Assembly: GCF_006345805.1 (NCBI RefSeq)
Contig: NC_043013.1
Coordinates: 24,552,001-24,616,000, forward strand
Length of the DNA: 64,000 bases
Direction of reading: 5' to 3'
From: Octopus sinensis
Taxonomy: Eukaryota
The notes below the pieces were generated by a model. It did not search any database. It worked only from the letters and a program-made list of their open reading frames with translations, and was not told where the DNA came from. Both the position numbers and the translations under genes were made by a program. Positions 11,536 to 26,519 of this stretch are shown here, piece by piece; position 1 is the first letter of the stretch, and each line of letters opens with the position of its first letter.

Positions 11536-14092
11536 TGTGCAATTACAATGCGTCTAACACTTTCTTTTAAGAGTTCTTAATGGTGGATGTTTCAGAAGTT
11601 AAATATAGGAGTAAACCATTTCACAGTCACTACTCTTTCAATAAATCTTTATTCCTCGGGGTTTGATCCTATTTTTCGGATCTTTGAGATCGATATAATA
11701 AAAATAGACGTTGTAAACAAAGCTAACCTAAGTAATTATTTTTGTAAAAAAAAAAAACAGAAAAGAAAAAACACATTTTTGCTTTTGACTGGAGAAAAAA
11801 AATGTTTTTTGAAACTCGTAATCTTTTTTTTTTTTTTCACTTTTTATGTTTCAAACAAAAGGCGACTCACAAAATACAATCAATACAATCTAGAATAATA
11901 CGTGTTCGGGTTAGGTTGTTGTTTTTTTTGTTTGTTTTTTTACATATAGTTTGTAATATTGGTTTAAGTTACAGTTTAACCTTAAGTCATCTCTCTTCCA
12001 GCATATATATTATTAAAATGTTCCAGCAATGCCGATTCATTTTTGTTTTCTTTTGTCAGAAACAACTTATCTTGAACTATAATATTCGATGTGTAAAAAA
12101 ATAAAAGAAAAAACAGGATCGATGCTTGGTGACATTTGGCTGCTACTTTTAGCTGTTTGAGGGATCACATTGTAGCTCTTTCATTGGCCTTGACAGGGAT
12201 ATTTGTTTATTTGGTAAAAATAAGCATGTGAAATTCTCATGTGTGTAACTGAGTAATTCATCAACTGATTTACACACACACGCACACACACACGCACACA
12301 CACACGCACACACACACACGCACACACACGCACACACGTACACACACACACACGTATGTATGCATGTATATATGTATGTACGGGCAGCCTTCACCTTTTT
12401 CTGTCAAAAGTGTTTTTAACGCAATACTTATACATTGTTATAGCTTTATCTGCTTCGTGGTACACCGTTTTCAAACAGAATATACATAAATATAAGTGTA
12501 TGTGTGTGTATGTGGTGTTGTGTATTCACTGCTTAGTGTACATAACAAGCTACTCGTCCATACTATTTTGTGTAATCTATCCGGATTCACCTTCGAGAAC
12601 AGAAGGAGCGACTCGTTAAGCTACTATTAGAAAGTTGGAAAATTAACAAAATAGGAAGACCGAGAGACTAACTTGGTTATTTAGTAATCTAAGCTAACGG
12701 CTATTTAAAATATCTATTTTTCTGAACCTTTGTACATGGAAGAATCTTATAAAACCAATTTCAACAAAGCTGGAATAAAATCGTGGGGAAAAAAACATAA
12801 AAATGAAGGATGTGAAAGCGTAGAGCAAAAGAAAACTAGACATGAAATGATGTGGAGAAAAGAAAAAACAGAACATTCGAATGTTCTAGATATCTCCTGC
12901 TCTCATTTCTCTCTCTCATCTCATTTTCCATTCTTTTATGAGTGCAGAGAAAAAAAAGAAAGAAAGGGAAAAGAAAGATACAGGATATTTGAGAGTTTAA
13001 ACCTCGAGAAGAACATTATCTAAAGTGAGGGAACTGAGCTGAGTAGATAACAATTCAACCAACCTTTGCTCTTTAAATATTGTTCTCTGTCAGTTTCTGA
13101 GTCTAACCCAAAATCAATAGCGGAGACAAACCGATTTTTTAGGAATGTTAGAATGACAACAAATCACTCCAATATATTTTGCAAGTAAACTACTAGTTTT
13201 AGACTTTATACTTTAAAAAATCCCCACTTCATACTTTAAAGACAAAGAGCATTTTTTTTTTCATATTTGTCGGCAATAATTAAACAATTACGTGTTGAGC
13301 CAAATTGATTTGAGAATCTTAGTTGAGTTCAGACTCAATACTACTGTCTGTGCGCCAGCCAAATGTCGTTGCAATGCATAAATTGACAGCAAAGTTCATC
13401 ACAGCCAATGTAGTCACATTCTGCCAGGATTAATGTGATTGTCAAATAAGCTGTACATCAAGTTGGCATCACCATTCTCCTGAAACTGCCCCGGTTTTTT
13501 GAGAATTGATAGGTCTCATAGAAAAGTTACTTTTCCCTCCTCGTTCTCCAAAAACCTGAGATAAGGCGTCATTATTTCTGCAGCATTTTATCTGTGGATA
13601 AAATGTTGTTGATAGTGCCTTTTTTTATTTTGTTCTGCCAAAGGAAAGAACAGGCCATAAGATTAATAAATATAATAAATTCACTTGTGACTGATCGTTC
13701 TAGAGGAGACAACAAGTGTTAACAGCCCTTAACGTCAGACTTTCTTTTATCGAGGGTCAAATAGCCGAGGTAAACGGAAATACACAGAAGAAGAATTCGC
13801 TCCACGAATGAATTCCATCAAAATAATAAGGGGCCAATTTACCATCCTAGTATTCTACGTCACCAGCTTTTGTGGGTAAGAAAAAGAAATGACAATATCT
13901 GGAATTCTTTTTCAGTTTTGTCGAGTTGCTTTTAAGTCCCAGATTAGCCCCCGTTGAATAGACCTATCACCAAAAGGCATTCCAGCCTTGACTATTCCGT
14001 CTTTTTGCATATCTAACAAGCACTACATTGATTTCCTTATTATGTCATTCTTGATGCATATGGTTATATATACATACATACATATATATATA

Positions 14093-14400
<308 letters not shown>

Positions 14401-15217
14401 ATATATATATATATATATATATATTTAGGAAAGCAACTGGAGTGTGATGGAAAACGTATAACATTTCTCTGCTATCCTTATTCCCCTCTAAGTCTCTACG
14501 GATTTCTCTTGAGTTTATGAGGAAGACAGCGACTTTGACATAAAATAATTTAAAAATATCACAAAGGGGGAAACATGAGAAAGATTATATTGAGAACAAC
14601 GATGAACATAAAATCCAGAGAGATTGTTTCCTTATCAAATAACACATTGTATATACTATCGAGAACATTGTATATAAAGAAAAAAACTTTAATACCGACT
14701 CAGCGATTAATTGAGTTATAGACAACATGCTTTCAGTGCGAATCCTCCGTCGGTTTCGACTATGAATGCTTCGGGTGTTCGAACAACGGAACTAGTTACT
14801 CATTGAATTATAGTGCATGTCGTATTGTATTCAACAGCCTGTTCTACGCAGACGCAACGTGATACAGCATGTAACAAGAGTGGTTCTTCTTAATCACATG
14901 TACAGTTCCTTTGACAGCCTTTGATACACAGCTTCCATCAAAACAATTTCGCTCACAATACTTGAGATCAATTGCGGCAATATATGGAAGATGACACTTG
15001 CTTAAGATTCCTTGTACAGAGGAATCGAAGCCAGGACTACATGAGTACAAAGCTGACTTCATTAGCAGTCGGCCATGCCTGCGATCAGCTTTTGCTATAG
15101 ATATTATTTTTCCATATATACGCACGAATATATGAGTATACTTAGCTTACATACGAACATATAAGTGTACCGAGTTGTAAAATAAAATCAATGCACAGCT
15201 AATATAAAACATTCGCT

Positions 15218-15630
15218 TACAAGGTGTTCAGGCTGAATTCGAGAGCTTGCATTAAAAGAAAGGAAAACACAATATCCCATCCAAAAATAAACTTATTTTA
15301 AGAAAGCAAAACATATGAACTTGATTCTTTGCTAGGGGATAACCGTTAACTCAAGGTAAATACCTTTAGCTCTCACCACAGACTCAAGGCGGCTCTGCAA
15401 CCTGGCGCATGCGTTCTTCACTGTGTCTATAGGAAGATATTCGGACACCTCCTTCATTTTGGCCACCATCTTGGCCTTGTAGCAGGCAGAGCGGTTGTTG
15501 TCTTTCATAATCGTGCCCTGCGCATAGTAATCCATGGGATCACAATCGGGAGAATTAGATCAGAAATTGGGCCTGGAGAAGTCATAGAAATTCTCCGACA
15601 ACCACTTCTAACTATTTCCGGAGGTATGGT
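15218..15630 (-). mobile_element. maT/DD37D-like transposon 3' fragment
   Basis: SNSPDCDPMDYY and ACARLQSRLESVVRAKGIYLE; terminus TACAAGGTG at 15218. Confidence 0.7.
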
Positions 15631-15699
15631 AAAGTGGTACTCATGTGATTACGTCACCGACGTTTGAACTTGTTTTATTTTTTCCTTTGTGTTATAGAA

Positions 15700-16725
15700 T
15701 AAACATGGCCTCTGGCAATGTGCCCCAAGGAAGAACAGAAATCACTGATCCGATTTCTCTGGCCTGAAGGTGTGTCAGCGGCTGAAATTCATCGCAATAT
15801 GGGAATATTACTCTATCGCGTAGTGTGCATGAGTTGATCGAGAAGTTTGAAATGGCCGGACAAGCATGAGACACGAAGGGAGAGGGATTAGGACGCCCAT
15901 CATTCTGAACAACAGACATGAAGTTCCAACAGGCTCGAGAGATAGTTCTGGCGACCCGACTAGCGAGAATCGATGAGATGATATGTTCTCTGCAAATGAA
16001 TCCTGGTTCTGTGTGCGAAATCAACCACGACAAGCCTCGCTTCCGTATAGTCTGTGCAGCATGGGTGCCAAGAGAGCTTACCGAAGCACATAAGCGCAAA
16101 TTTATGAAGTTCTTTCAATGCTTACTCGACTGCTGTAAAGATGAAGGGGAAGCTTTTTCGGAGATGAGATCTGAGTCCGTTATTTCGAGCCAGAATTTTA
16201 AAAAAGGCAGAGTATAAAGTGGAAACACCCAGAATCGCTAGCGAAAAGAAATTCAAAACTCAATGCTCCGCAAAAAAAATAGTGATGCTAACTATTGAGT
16301 AGGGTGGGGTGGGGAAACACGCGCAAAAGGGACTATACTATCACATTACCTAAAAAAGGTGTCTACAATCACCGGACAACAAACTGAAACCAGCAATTCA
16401 CACCAAACACCGAGGTCTATTGTCAAAAATAAGTGTTATTGTTGCACGAAAATGCGCCTCCACATTAACTGCCCACACCATGGAACCATTAAAAAATTGG
16501 GTTTCGAGTCGCTGGGAACCTTTGCATAGAGTCCAGATCTCGGCTCTTTCGACTATCATCTCTCTGAATCACTCAAACATGCTTTACGAGTTTGTGGATT
16601 TGCTATGGACGAAGAAGCGCAGGAGGCGGTGCGTGAATGGCTGTGTGGCCAACCGAAAATTTTATCCGATGAAATAAGCAGGCTTGAGGACTGCTGGGAG
16701 AAGTGCATCGTAAAACAAGGGGGCT
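15700..16725 (+). mobile_element. Mariner (DD34D) transposase relic
   Basis: VCAAWVPRELT, KLKPAIHTKHRG..VLLLHENAPPH, SPDLGSFDYHL, WEKCIVKQG; many frameshifts. Confidence 0.8.
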
Positions 16726-16729
16726 TTCT

Positions 16730-17235
16730 TCAAGTTTACCATCATAAAAGGGGGCATCGGAGGTCGATATAATGTGCATATTACCACATCAAGTTGCTTT
16801 AAATGCTCTACGAGTGTGTCACTTGTTGAAGGTGACAGCAAGTTTAGAGGCGTTACATCTTTACAAACGTGCAACGTAACTCCATCGTGACTCTTTGCTT
16901 TTCTGTGTGTAGAGAATGTGATATACATTGGTGTGTGTATCTGCATTCAAGATCCCTCACATACGCAATGTTGCATTTGCTGCAGTTTTGTACCAGGAGG
17001 ACTCTGATGTTAATCAGAATTGGCGTGATGGTCGGCTTGGTGGCATAAGTGGCCATCCTGGGTCTATTATTTGTGGTGGTCTTGTGAAGGTGTGTGCATG
17101 GCTTAGTTATGTTTGCAACCGTGCCAGCTGCAGCACTATCTTTTGTGCTGCACTTAATTTTTTAATTTTATTTCTCTACTCTGTGTTTGCAAATTGATTG
17201 ATTTTTAGGCTCCTGCATTTCTATAGATTCAATTT
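16730..17235 (-). mobile_element. LINE apurinic-endonuclease domain fragment (CR1-like)
   Basis: RKAKSHDGVTLHV..VVICTLYRPP matches the DR..GGGV..Y / YRPP APE motifs. Confidence 0.65.
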
Positions 17236-17764
17236 ACTGTGACTACTCAATACTGGTTAGAGAATCGAAATAGTATCAATCATGGATGCTTACGGCGTAT
17301 TGTATTATATTATATACATACCCATATAAATAAATATGTGCGTGCATGTATGTATACACTCACTCACACATACACACATACACTTTCAAGTATAATTAAA
17401 TCATTCGAATCTGTTTTTACCCGAATAAACAAGACATTTCAATGTTTTCATTCACAAAGGAAATTGTTATTTTTAAAACTTAGAAATAAAATCGATAACA
17501 GAAATCATTCTAAGGACGAATTAAATACATTAAATTCAATTTCTACTTTATTGAAATTTTCGATATTGCCATTTGGGTTTTATGCTCACAATATAATTTT
17601 AACTATATTCAACTGGACGCCGCCAGTATTCTCTACTCTAATTTGAAATTTCACATAATCTTTTGAAATGAACAAAATATAAAATTTTGCCCGCTCTCTC
17701 TCTCTCGCTGTTCCTATCTCTCCCGCTCATATGTACATACGTACATATATACATATACATGTAT

Positions 17765-17840
<76 letters not shown>

Positions 17841-17847
17841 ATATATA

Positions 17848-19478
17848 CAGTTGCGGCCAAAATGTTCAGAACGGCATTGTTTTCGTCAGAAAAAGTAGGT
17901 ATAAGTTTTTATCAAAGCTGTTTTATATTCTGTAATTGTCACAGACAATAAATACAATATTAGTTGTTATTGTCTGAGATTTTGGTGTAATTTGAGAGAA
18001 TAATACAAAAGTTATGGATGATTTAGTGATTTACTACAAAACCCATGGCAGCCAAAATGATCAGAACGTTTGAAAAAATAACAAAATAATCAAAAATGAC
18101 AGAGAATACTGGAATTATTTAATATTTAGTGTGAAGCCCTTTATCTTCAATCACACTCTGACATCTTCAACTGCATGCGGAAATTAAATTTTCAATTTCT
18201 TGCTGGGTGATCTTATTCCATTCTTCCTGAAGGGCATTCCATAATTTCTCGGTTGTTTTAGGATTTCTGGCTTTCGAACGTTCTCCTAGAATATTCCACA
18301 CATTTTCAATAGGATTGAGATCTGGGCTTTGAGCAGGCCAATCCATAACAATAACCTTTTCAGCCTTGAGGAAGTTCACGACCACCTTAGCCTTGTGACA
18401 TGGGGCATTGTCCTGCATGAATATGGGTGGTTGCTTAGTTGAATTTCTCAGCACAGGCAAGACATGATCTTTTACAAGTTGTTTATAAACTCCTGCGTTT
18501 ACCATTCCATGTAATCGCACCAAAGGGCCCACACCATCTCCAGATATTATCCCCCAAACCATGACACTTCCTCCAACGAGTTGAACACTAGTCTTAAGGC
18601 ATTGAGACGCCAATTTTTCACCTACTTTTCGACGGACGTACCTTTTCCCATCTGAGCCAAATAGCATAAACTTAGATTCATCACTGAAATGCACCGTTTG
18701 CCATTTTTCTTGAGACCACAACACATGTTCGGTTGCAAAAGTAAGACGACATTTTTTATTCTTGGAACTGATCAGTGGCTTCACTGCAGGTGCTCTTGCT
18801 TGTAGGTCATGTTCAGCTAAACGACGAGACACAGTTTTTCGAGATAAAGTTTTCTTCAATACAATGCTCATTTCCCGAGAAACAGCAGCAGCAATTTTAA
18901 ATCTGTCCTTTTTAACCAACTTTACCATAGCACGATCTTCTCTCTTGGTCATTTTTCTTGGCCTACCTGTAGACTTTCTTGCTTCACACGAACCACAATC
19001 ATCGTAGACTTTAAGAATATCGTGAACAACACTTTTTGACTTGTTAACAATCTTTGCAATAGACCCAATACTTAAATTATCCTTCTTTCGAAGCTTAATA
19101 ATCTGCTGACAAATTGGTAACGGAGTAAGTGGCAGTATATTAACAAAGTACACTGCAGATATTCTTACTAATGTTTAGTAAACGATCCGTCACGTAAACA
19201 AATTCAAAACATTAGAGTTCGTCGGCTAAATATACTAAAACACGGAGTAAAAGCAACTGTTCTGATCATTTTGGCCGCCATGGGTTTTGCAGTAAATCAC
19301 TAAATCATCCATAACTCTTGTATTATCCTCTCAAATTACACCAAAATCTCAGACAATAACAAATAATATCGTATTTATTGTCTGTGAAAATTATAGAATA
19401 TAAAACAACTTTGATAAAAAAATTATACCTACTTTTCTGACGAAAACAATGCCGTTCTGAACACTTTGGCTGCAATTG
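17848..19478 (-). mobile_element. Full-length Tc1 transposon with ~220-bp IR/DR terminal inverted repeats
   Basis: Left TIR 17848-18067 begins TA|CAGTTG; right TIR 19259-19478. Each TIR carries an inner and an outer GCCAAAATGWTCAGAAC-like direct repeat. Inserted in TA-rich microsatellite. Confidence 0.95.
18119..19153 (-). pseudogene. Tc1 transposase (DD34E) with one late nonsense codon and no clear ATG
   Basis: HTH domain, GRPRK, FSDESKF, QDNAPCH..SPDLNPIE with 34 residues between D and E. TGA at 18167-18169 is followed in frame by RCQSVIEDKGLHTKY-TAA (18119). The ORF-track start is GTG. Confidence 0.92.
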
Positions 19479-19490
19479 TTTATATATCTA

Positions 19491-19569
<79 letters not shown>

Positions 19570-19574
19570 ATATA

Positions 19575-19647
<73 letters not shown>

Positions 19648-20183
19648 TTTTACTTGGTTTCGGGATAGATAAAGTAAGTACCCGTCAAGCACTTGAGTCA
19701 ATGCAATCGACTTGACCCCTCCCAAAATTTTCAGACTTTTTGTGCCTATAGTAGAACGTGTGTGTATAAACTTCGGAGTCACTGTCAAATACATCGAGTA
19801 ATCCTTCAGTTTAATGTAAGATTGTTTTCATTACAACATAAGAACAAACATCAAATTACGCATGCACACACACACACACGCATAAAGAAAGAAAAGGGAG
19901 AATTATTAATGAAAACAATTGAATTACATCAATTATTATTTATCAAATAAATAACAAATAATAATTGATGTAAGCCAATTGTTTTTAATCAATATTTCTC
20001 CATTTTCTGTCTTCTTTAAATTTTGTTTCATGATTAACTCGTGTTTATCCTTGTCTTTATAATTTATGAGTATAATATGCTTGCATATATATACACCCAT
20101 GGTTAAACATAGGTAATATACCACCAGTAGTATAATGGATACTGCTATCCTTAAGACGGTTATTTTAACCTCTAACTCAGCTA

Positions 20184-20245
<62 letters not shown>

Positions 20246-20250
<5 letters not shown>

Positions 20251-20506
20251 ATCACGTGACCGACCAGATCATCAGATGTTGCTACACATCGCTGGTCACA
20301 ATGCGTTCGCATTGTTTTAGCCTTCGAACGACGCCACCCCGCAGGCCAACAGAAGAAAGTGGGAGAAATAGTGGTGAAAGGGTACAGCAGGGATCACCAC
20401 CCCCTGCCGGAGCATCGTGGAGCTTTTAGGTGCTTTCGCTCAATAAACACACACACGATCCTCCGACCGGGAGTCCGCTGCCCTAACACTGGGCCATTGC
20501 GCCTCC
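20246..20506 (-). mobile_element. tRNA-derived SINE inserted in (TA)n
   Basis: Reverse strand starts GGAGGCGCAATGGCCCAGTGTTAGGGCAGCGGACTCCCGGTCGG (tRNA-like head) and ends in a stem-loop and (CACGTGAT)n tail. Confidence 0.7.
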
Positions 20507-20515
20507 ATATATATA

Positions 20516-20553
<38 letters not shown>

Positions 20554-20620
20554 CAGGGCCTTGTTGCTTCTGCTAAATTTTAATAAAAATATATTTCGTC
20601 ATATTTTGAGTTCTATTTTT

Positions 20621-20660
<40 letters not shown>

Positions 20661-20789
20661 GTATTTGTGTGTATGTGTGTGTGTATACACGCGAACACAT
20701 ATGCATATTTTTATTCCTTTTAATGTACTGCAAATGTATTTGCAGGTACATTTATAACATTCATGATATCTGGATCATGCACGCAGACG

Positions 20790-20823
<34 letters not shown>

Positions 20824-21466
20824 TGTATGTATGTATGTATGTATGTATGTATGTATGTATGTGTGTGTGTGTTTGCATCTTTTGTCCATGTAGATTCATT
20901 AGCATTCATCTGGTTTTGTTCGATGTTGTTTACTTTACTTTTCTCTGCTGAAAAGGTCAAATAAGATTTTTAATATATTGATTTCTGTGCTGAAAAGGTC
21001 AAAACGAATTTTTTGAAATATTGATTTTCCTTTACAAAAGGACAGAATAATTTTTAAACAATAGAGGAAGAGATAGAGTGGTGCTTATGCCTTTCCCATG
21101 GACGCAAGCAACCAAACTAAAATGTCTTACAATGAGAAACTGAAATGATGTCACGACTTCTGTTTGATGACCTTCAGCATTTGCTATGTCTACAGAAGGA
21201 TATACATGTTCCGCGTAACAGTATTGGTTGCACAATCTCAGGGAGCCCTTACACTATAGCTTTACTTCCTAAATACAGCAATCTAATCTCCTCTTTCCAT
21301 ATGGCCTACTCTCTTAAGGAAAGAGGAAAATCATCAGAGAATATAGTCTGGTATAACACACAACCACCACCACAAAAGAAAATCTGTTGGTTGCGTTTGG
21401 GATACTTTTGAATCGCTGCCCATGGTTTTCTTGTGCATGTGCAAACGCTCCTTTTTCTGCCCATTA

Positions 21467-21519
<53 letters not shown>

Positions 21520-21521
<2 letters not shown>

Positions 21522-21957
21522 TTGGGCTGCAGCAAATATACTGCTGAGTACAACGGATAACCTTGCCTGTTGCTTGACCTTAGCCAGTTGAGCATATCCC
21601 TTAGTGGCTGACGGTACGTGCATCTATAATCACGAGCAGAAGTAATGTGGGAGTATCATAATCACGTGTTGAGAGGGATTCTTTGGGGTTTGAAACATAG
21701 GTATGTCGTTCATCACCCTTAAACAACTCTTATTGAGCGGAATGTGCTACTCGACATGGTGAAAATTCTCTCTGGACCCCACCTGTAAAGTCATACACTG
21801 TTTATCTTGATATGACATAAACCATGTCGCCCTTATATAGTTGTGATGCATGTGCCTGGTGTACCCTTATCAAACAGTTAATCATGATGGGTATATTGGG
21901 CTTCGTATATTTGTAACCCAGTGTCACCTTGATGGAGTGCACTTCTCTCTCACTCAA
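21520..21957 (+). mobile_element. 3' end/UTR of an (AAT)n-associated non-LTR retroelement
   Basis: Homologous to 28530-29035; both sit in (AAT)n and end CTCTCTCAC..AATAATAA. Confidence 0.75.
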
Positions 21958-21994
21958 TAATAATAATAATAATAACAACAACAACAACAGCAAC

Positions 21995-22035
<41 letters not shown>

Positions 22036-22089
22036 TATTATTATTAGTAGTAGTAGTAGTAGTAGTATAGTAGTAGTAGTATTATTGTT

Positions 22090-24235
22090 AAGGGATACCA
22101 GCAGCATAGGTTATTTAGAATAGATTAGAAGAGATTCTGCAAAGAAATATATGGAGAGTGTATAAATGAAAAGTTGATACCAGATAGCATGGAAAGCCAA
22201 AGGTTTTGGAGTGACATCTGGAGTAAAGACAAGGAGCACAAAAAAGATGCTGAATAGTTGCAAGAACTGAAACAAACAGGTAATAAATGCTTGATGATTG
22301 ACTTTGCAGTCCCAAATGACAAAAAAAAACATCAATAAGGGAGGTATAGAAAAAATAACAAGGTACCAGGACCTAGCCATTGAATTGTAGAGACTATGGA
22401 AAGTGCGTGTAAAATGCATCCCAGTTGTCATAGCTGCATTAATCGCTGTCCCTAAAGAGCTGAACAGATGGATAGAGGAATTACGCATAAAAACGAGTTT
22501 AGTACAGCTCCAGGAAACAGTTTTACTAGGGAAAGATAGGATACTAAGGATGGTTCTTGTAGCCCGATGTTAGGAATTTTTTCTTTTCCAACAGTTTAAT
22601 CTGTTGAGCGCATATGAAAACAATAATACCCATAACAATGACACTTAGGAAAGTTAAGATGGATTGCCGATGTGGGAAGAAAGGCCCATCATTGAACCAT
22701 TTGCTTATGGATGACCTGAAATTGTTTGGGAAATTTGAAAAACACATAGATTCCTTAACCAAAACAGTCCAGAAGTGTGTTAGGGACATTGGTATGGAAT
22801 TTGGGATTACCAAATGCTCAGTATTTTTAATATGAAAACAGGGAAGAAACCAGCCTGCAGAGGATTGTGGTTACTATCAGGAGAGACCATGGGTGAACCC
22901 GACGGTAGTGGGTATAGATATTTAGGGATTTTGGAGCTGGATGACATTCTACACAGAGAAAGAAAGTCAAGATCAGTAAGGCATATCAAAAAAGGGTCAA
23001 GATGGTGTTAAAATCCAACGTGAATGCCAAAACTTTGATTACCGCAAAGAATATCTGGGCGATTGCGGTGGTCAGATATTGTGCATCCATCCTCAAATGG
23101 ACTAAGCAGGAAATATCAACACTGGATAGACGGATGAGAAAGTTGATGACGCTGCAAGAGGCGCTACACCCCAAAGCAAACGTAAACAGGCTATATATGA
23201 AAAGAAAGAATGGTGGCAGAGAACAGAGGACTAAATAAGTATAGACTATTGTATAAGGAGTGAAAGGATAACGCAAGCCGAGTATTTTATAAATAGTGAT
23301 GAAGACCTGCTGCAATATGCCGAGAAAGATGTGGGTGTAAATGCAGATGAAGTGATGGGCAAGGAAGAGTTTAACCAAAGAGTTGAGGAAAAGAGAAAAG
23401 AAGACCTTGAAATGAGAATGATTGGACTGTTTGAAAGGAATACACAGGACATTAAGGATAATACAGCACCGTGGGCATGGCTTGAGTGAGGTGATTTGAA
23501 GCGTACCACCGAAAACCTGTTCACCCCTGCACAGGACCAGGTTCTCGCTACCAATTCAATGAAATATAACATCTATGAAACTATTTCAGACACCCAGAAA
23601 TGCAGACTGTGTGGAAAAAGTGTGGAAAATGTGACCCACTTGGTTAGTGGATGTAAGAGCCTTGCACGAAAAGAATGCAAGCGAATGTGAGAGCCTTACA
23701 CAAAAAGAATACGACTCTTATGCTGTAAATACCAATATGAAGTAACAGAGAACTGGTATGAGCATATATCAAGTAAAGATATGCAGGAGGATGGAAAAGT
23801 AACGATACTCTGGGACTATGATTTTCAGACGGATCGTGTAATCGAACACCATCGGCCGCATATCGTCATATTGAATAAGGGAGACAAAAACTGTTAGATC
23901 ATTGATGTGGCCATACCAAATGACATGAGTGTTGTGAGTAAAAAGGTTGCAAAAATCACCAAGTACTCCCAATTGAAAGGGGAAATGGCAAGACTATGGA
24001 ATGTGAGAGGGAAAAAGTGATACCAGTGGTGATCGGAGTGTTGGGCTCAATCACACTGAAACTTCGAGACTTCTTAAGGCAACTTAAATCCTGTGCAAGA
24101 TTGATGTTTTGCAAAAAGCAGCCTTATTGGGCACAGCGCACATCTTAAGGAAAGTATTATCTGTCTGAGGTCCTCGTTGTGACTTGGCAGATGACTAAAG
24201 ACTCGGTGCATTTTTACCTACACTGTGTTACGAAG

Positions 24236-24282
<47 letters not shown>
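22090..24282 (+). mobile_element. R4/Dong-type LINE fragments (RT C-terminus, CCHC knuckle, restriction-like endonuclease)
   Basis: First RLE piece IDFAVPND..RYQDLAIEL..IPVVI (22280-22560). Then NHLLMDDLKL, YRYLGI, CRLCGKSVENVTHLVSGC, LWDYDFQTDRVIEHHRPHI..IDVAIP, and an (AAT)n tail at 24238-24282. Confidence 0.9.
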
Positions 24283-24284
<2 letters not shown>

Positions 24285-24369
24285 CATATCATGGTATGTA
24301 AACAAATTCCACAGAACCGCTATTATTAGAAGTAAGAAGGTCAGGCTGTGTATATACACTATGTGTATA

Positions 24370-25130
24370 TGTACTACATATTCCGAATGCAACGCTCCGG
24401 ATGCACACAGTACGATAGGATCAGAGTCTACAAAGGAGCGAAAACAAGATTCGAACGCATTATAAGAGATGACGAAAACGATATATGCCCCCTATACCGC
24501 AACAAGTTCTGGAATAGGTGAGAGAGAGACACCAACAAAAGAAATAAAACCAATACTTGGTATTATAAGAAGAAATTTCACTGTGTAATGTTTGTTGACA
24601 CCACAGCTAAGAACGAATTAAGTAAGGCATTTAAGAAAATCCTGCGCACGACTGGCTTTAAGATCAAGGTTGTAGAAAAGACAGGTAGGACTATCAAATC
24701 TGTATTATGTAGATCATATCCATTTGATAGAATCACGTGTCAAAATAATTGTGCAGTATGTTCTACAAACCCACATGCGAACTTCAAAACCAAGAGCACT
24801 GTATACCAAATTAAGTGCCAAGAAGGAGCTTGCGCGACTAACCCAGAGTTATACATAGGTGAGACTTCTAGGAGTATCAATGATAGGTTCAAAGAACACC
24901 TGGACAACTACATTGAAAAGAAACCAAAATCCATCTTCTATCAGCATGCTGTAGACTGCCACAAGGGCTCCTTAGGGAGACTTAAGTTAAACATCTTATC
25001 CACACATCCCACTGATGCAATGTTGAGACAGGTCACGGAAGCTGTCTGTATACAAGAATACAAACCCACTTTCAACCGAAAATCCGAATGGGGTAACATC
25101 CAGCTTCCACTCGGGAGAACCATTCTATAG
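24370..25130 (+). mobile_element. Penelope-like element GIY-YIG endonuclease fragment
   Basis: ORF 24588..25130 has VYQIKC..LYIGETSRSINDRFKEH..EAVCIQEYKPTFNRK. Confidence 0.9.
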
Positions 25131-25455
25131 CTACCCCTCTCTCTCATTTACATGTGGTAATCCATACATACATGTTGAAATGCATGGTACTAAAATACAT
25201 ATATGCAGTTATATATAACCGTATGAGCGTACATTGTTTGATACGTATGTACGTATGTTTAGATGTATGTGTGTGTGCGTACGTGTGTGTATGTGTTGTG
25301 TATAAGTATGTACACATATGAGTATGTGTAGATATATGTATATAATGTATATGTATGCATATACAATAAAAAAAAGAAGTAGAATAAAATAAAGCAAGTT
25401 TGAATTTTAACCGTTGTCATTCAAAGAGTGTCATATATATGTACGTATATATATC

Positions 25456-25760
25456 TCTATATATATAAAACTGAGAATGTGCGTCTGTCTGTCTGTCTGT
25501 CTGTGTGCTTCCCTAAAACTTGAGAACTACACGACCAATTTCATTCAAATTTTACACATGCCTTACTTAAGGTCCGGGGAGTGTCATCGGCAAAAAATCT
25601 TAACTTTTTCCCTAGGGCGACCCTACAGCAATATCATATCTTCTCCACTATTTCAGCATTACGTGTTAAAAGTGAAACAAAAACATCTCTCTTTTGTAAT
25701 GCAGACACTTTCACTTTAATACTGAAACTATTAAAGTGAAAGTATTATATAACAGGGATG
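25456..25760 (+). mobile_element. Non-autonomous Helitron-like element, single-unit copy of the 3072 family
   Basis: TCTATATATATAAAACTGAGAATGTGCGTCTGTCTG.. and a body nearly identical to 3274-3470. Confidence 0.55.
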
Positions 25761-25798
25761 AACCATTGACAAGTGGTCATCCATTTTGCTAGAAGAAG

Positions 25799-25831
<33 letters not shown>

Positions 25832-26471
25832 TGTATGTATGTATGTATGTATGTATGTATGTATGTGTATGTATATATATATATGTGTATGTATATATAT
25901 ATTTGTGTATGTGTGTGTATATGTATATATGTATGTAGAGATGGATAAGCGTATATGTGTACATACCTTAAGATTATACGTATATTTGTGAGTATGTGTA
26001 AGTGTCTATATGATTGTGTGTACTTGTATATATGTGTAAGGTTATATGTGCATATATGTATCTAAGACGTTGTATCCATTCACACACATATATATATATT
26101 CATATATATGTGTGTGTCTATATAAATGTATATGTGTATATATATACACCCTTCAACAAGGTAACAGTCATGTATACAACTTGAACTGACACATATCAGC
26201 ACATAAACATACGTTCACATGTACATACACATGTACACACACACAAACACGTCTACACACTCTCCTAAATACTCCCATACATACGTAAGTACATACATAC
26301 ATGCGTATAGGCATGCACACATGCATGCGCACATACACATACACAGATACATACAAACGCACATACATACATACATACATACACACATACACACATACAT
26401 ACACACATACATACACACACACATACACACACATACACATACATACATACATACATACATACATACATACA

Positions 26472-26502
<31 letters not shown>

Positions 26503-26519
26503 GTACATATATATCATGA

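Noticed and set aside
11987-12040. Minus-strand MNRHCWNILIIYMLEER as an alternative signal-peptide exon
   Set aside because: It ends in a stop codon with no phase-1 donor.
20255-20300. CTGATGA on the minus strand in the SINE tail
   Set aside because: No following GAAA; it is part of the SINE 3' stem-loop.
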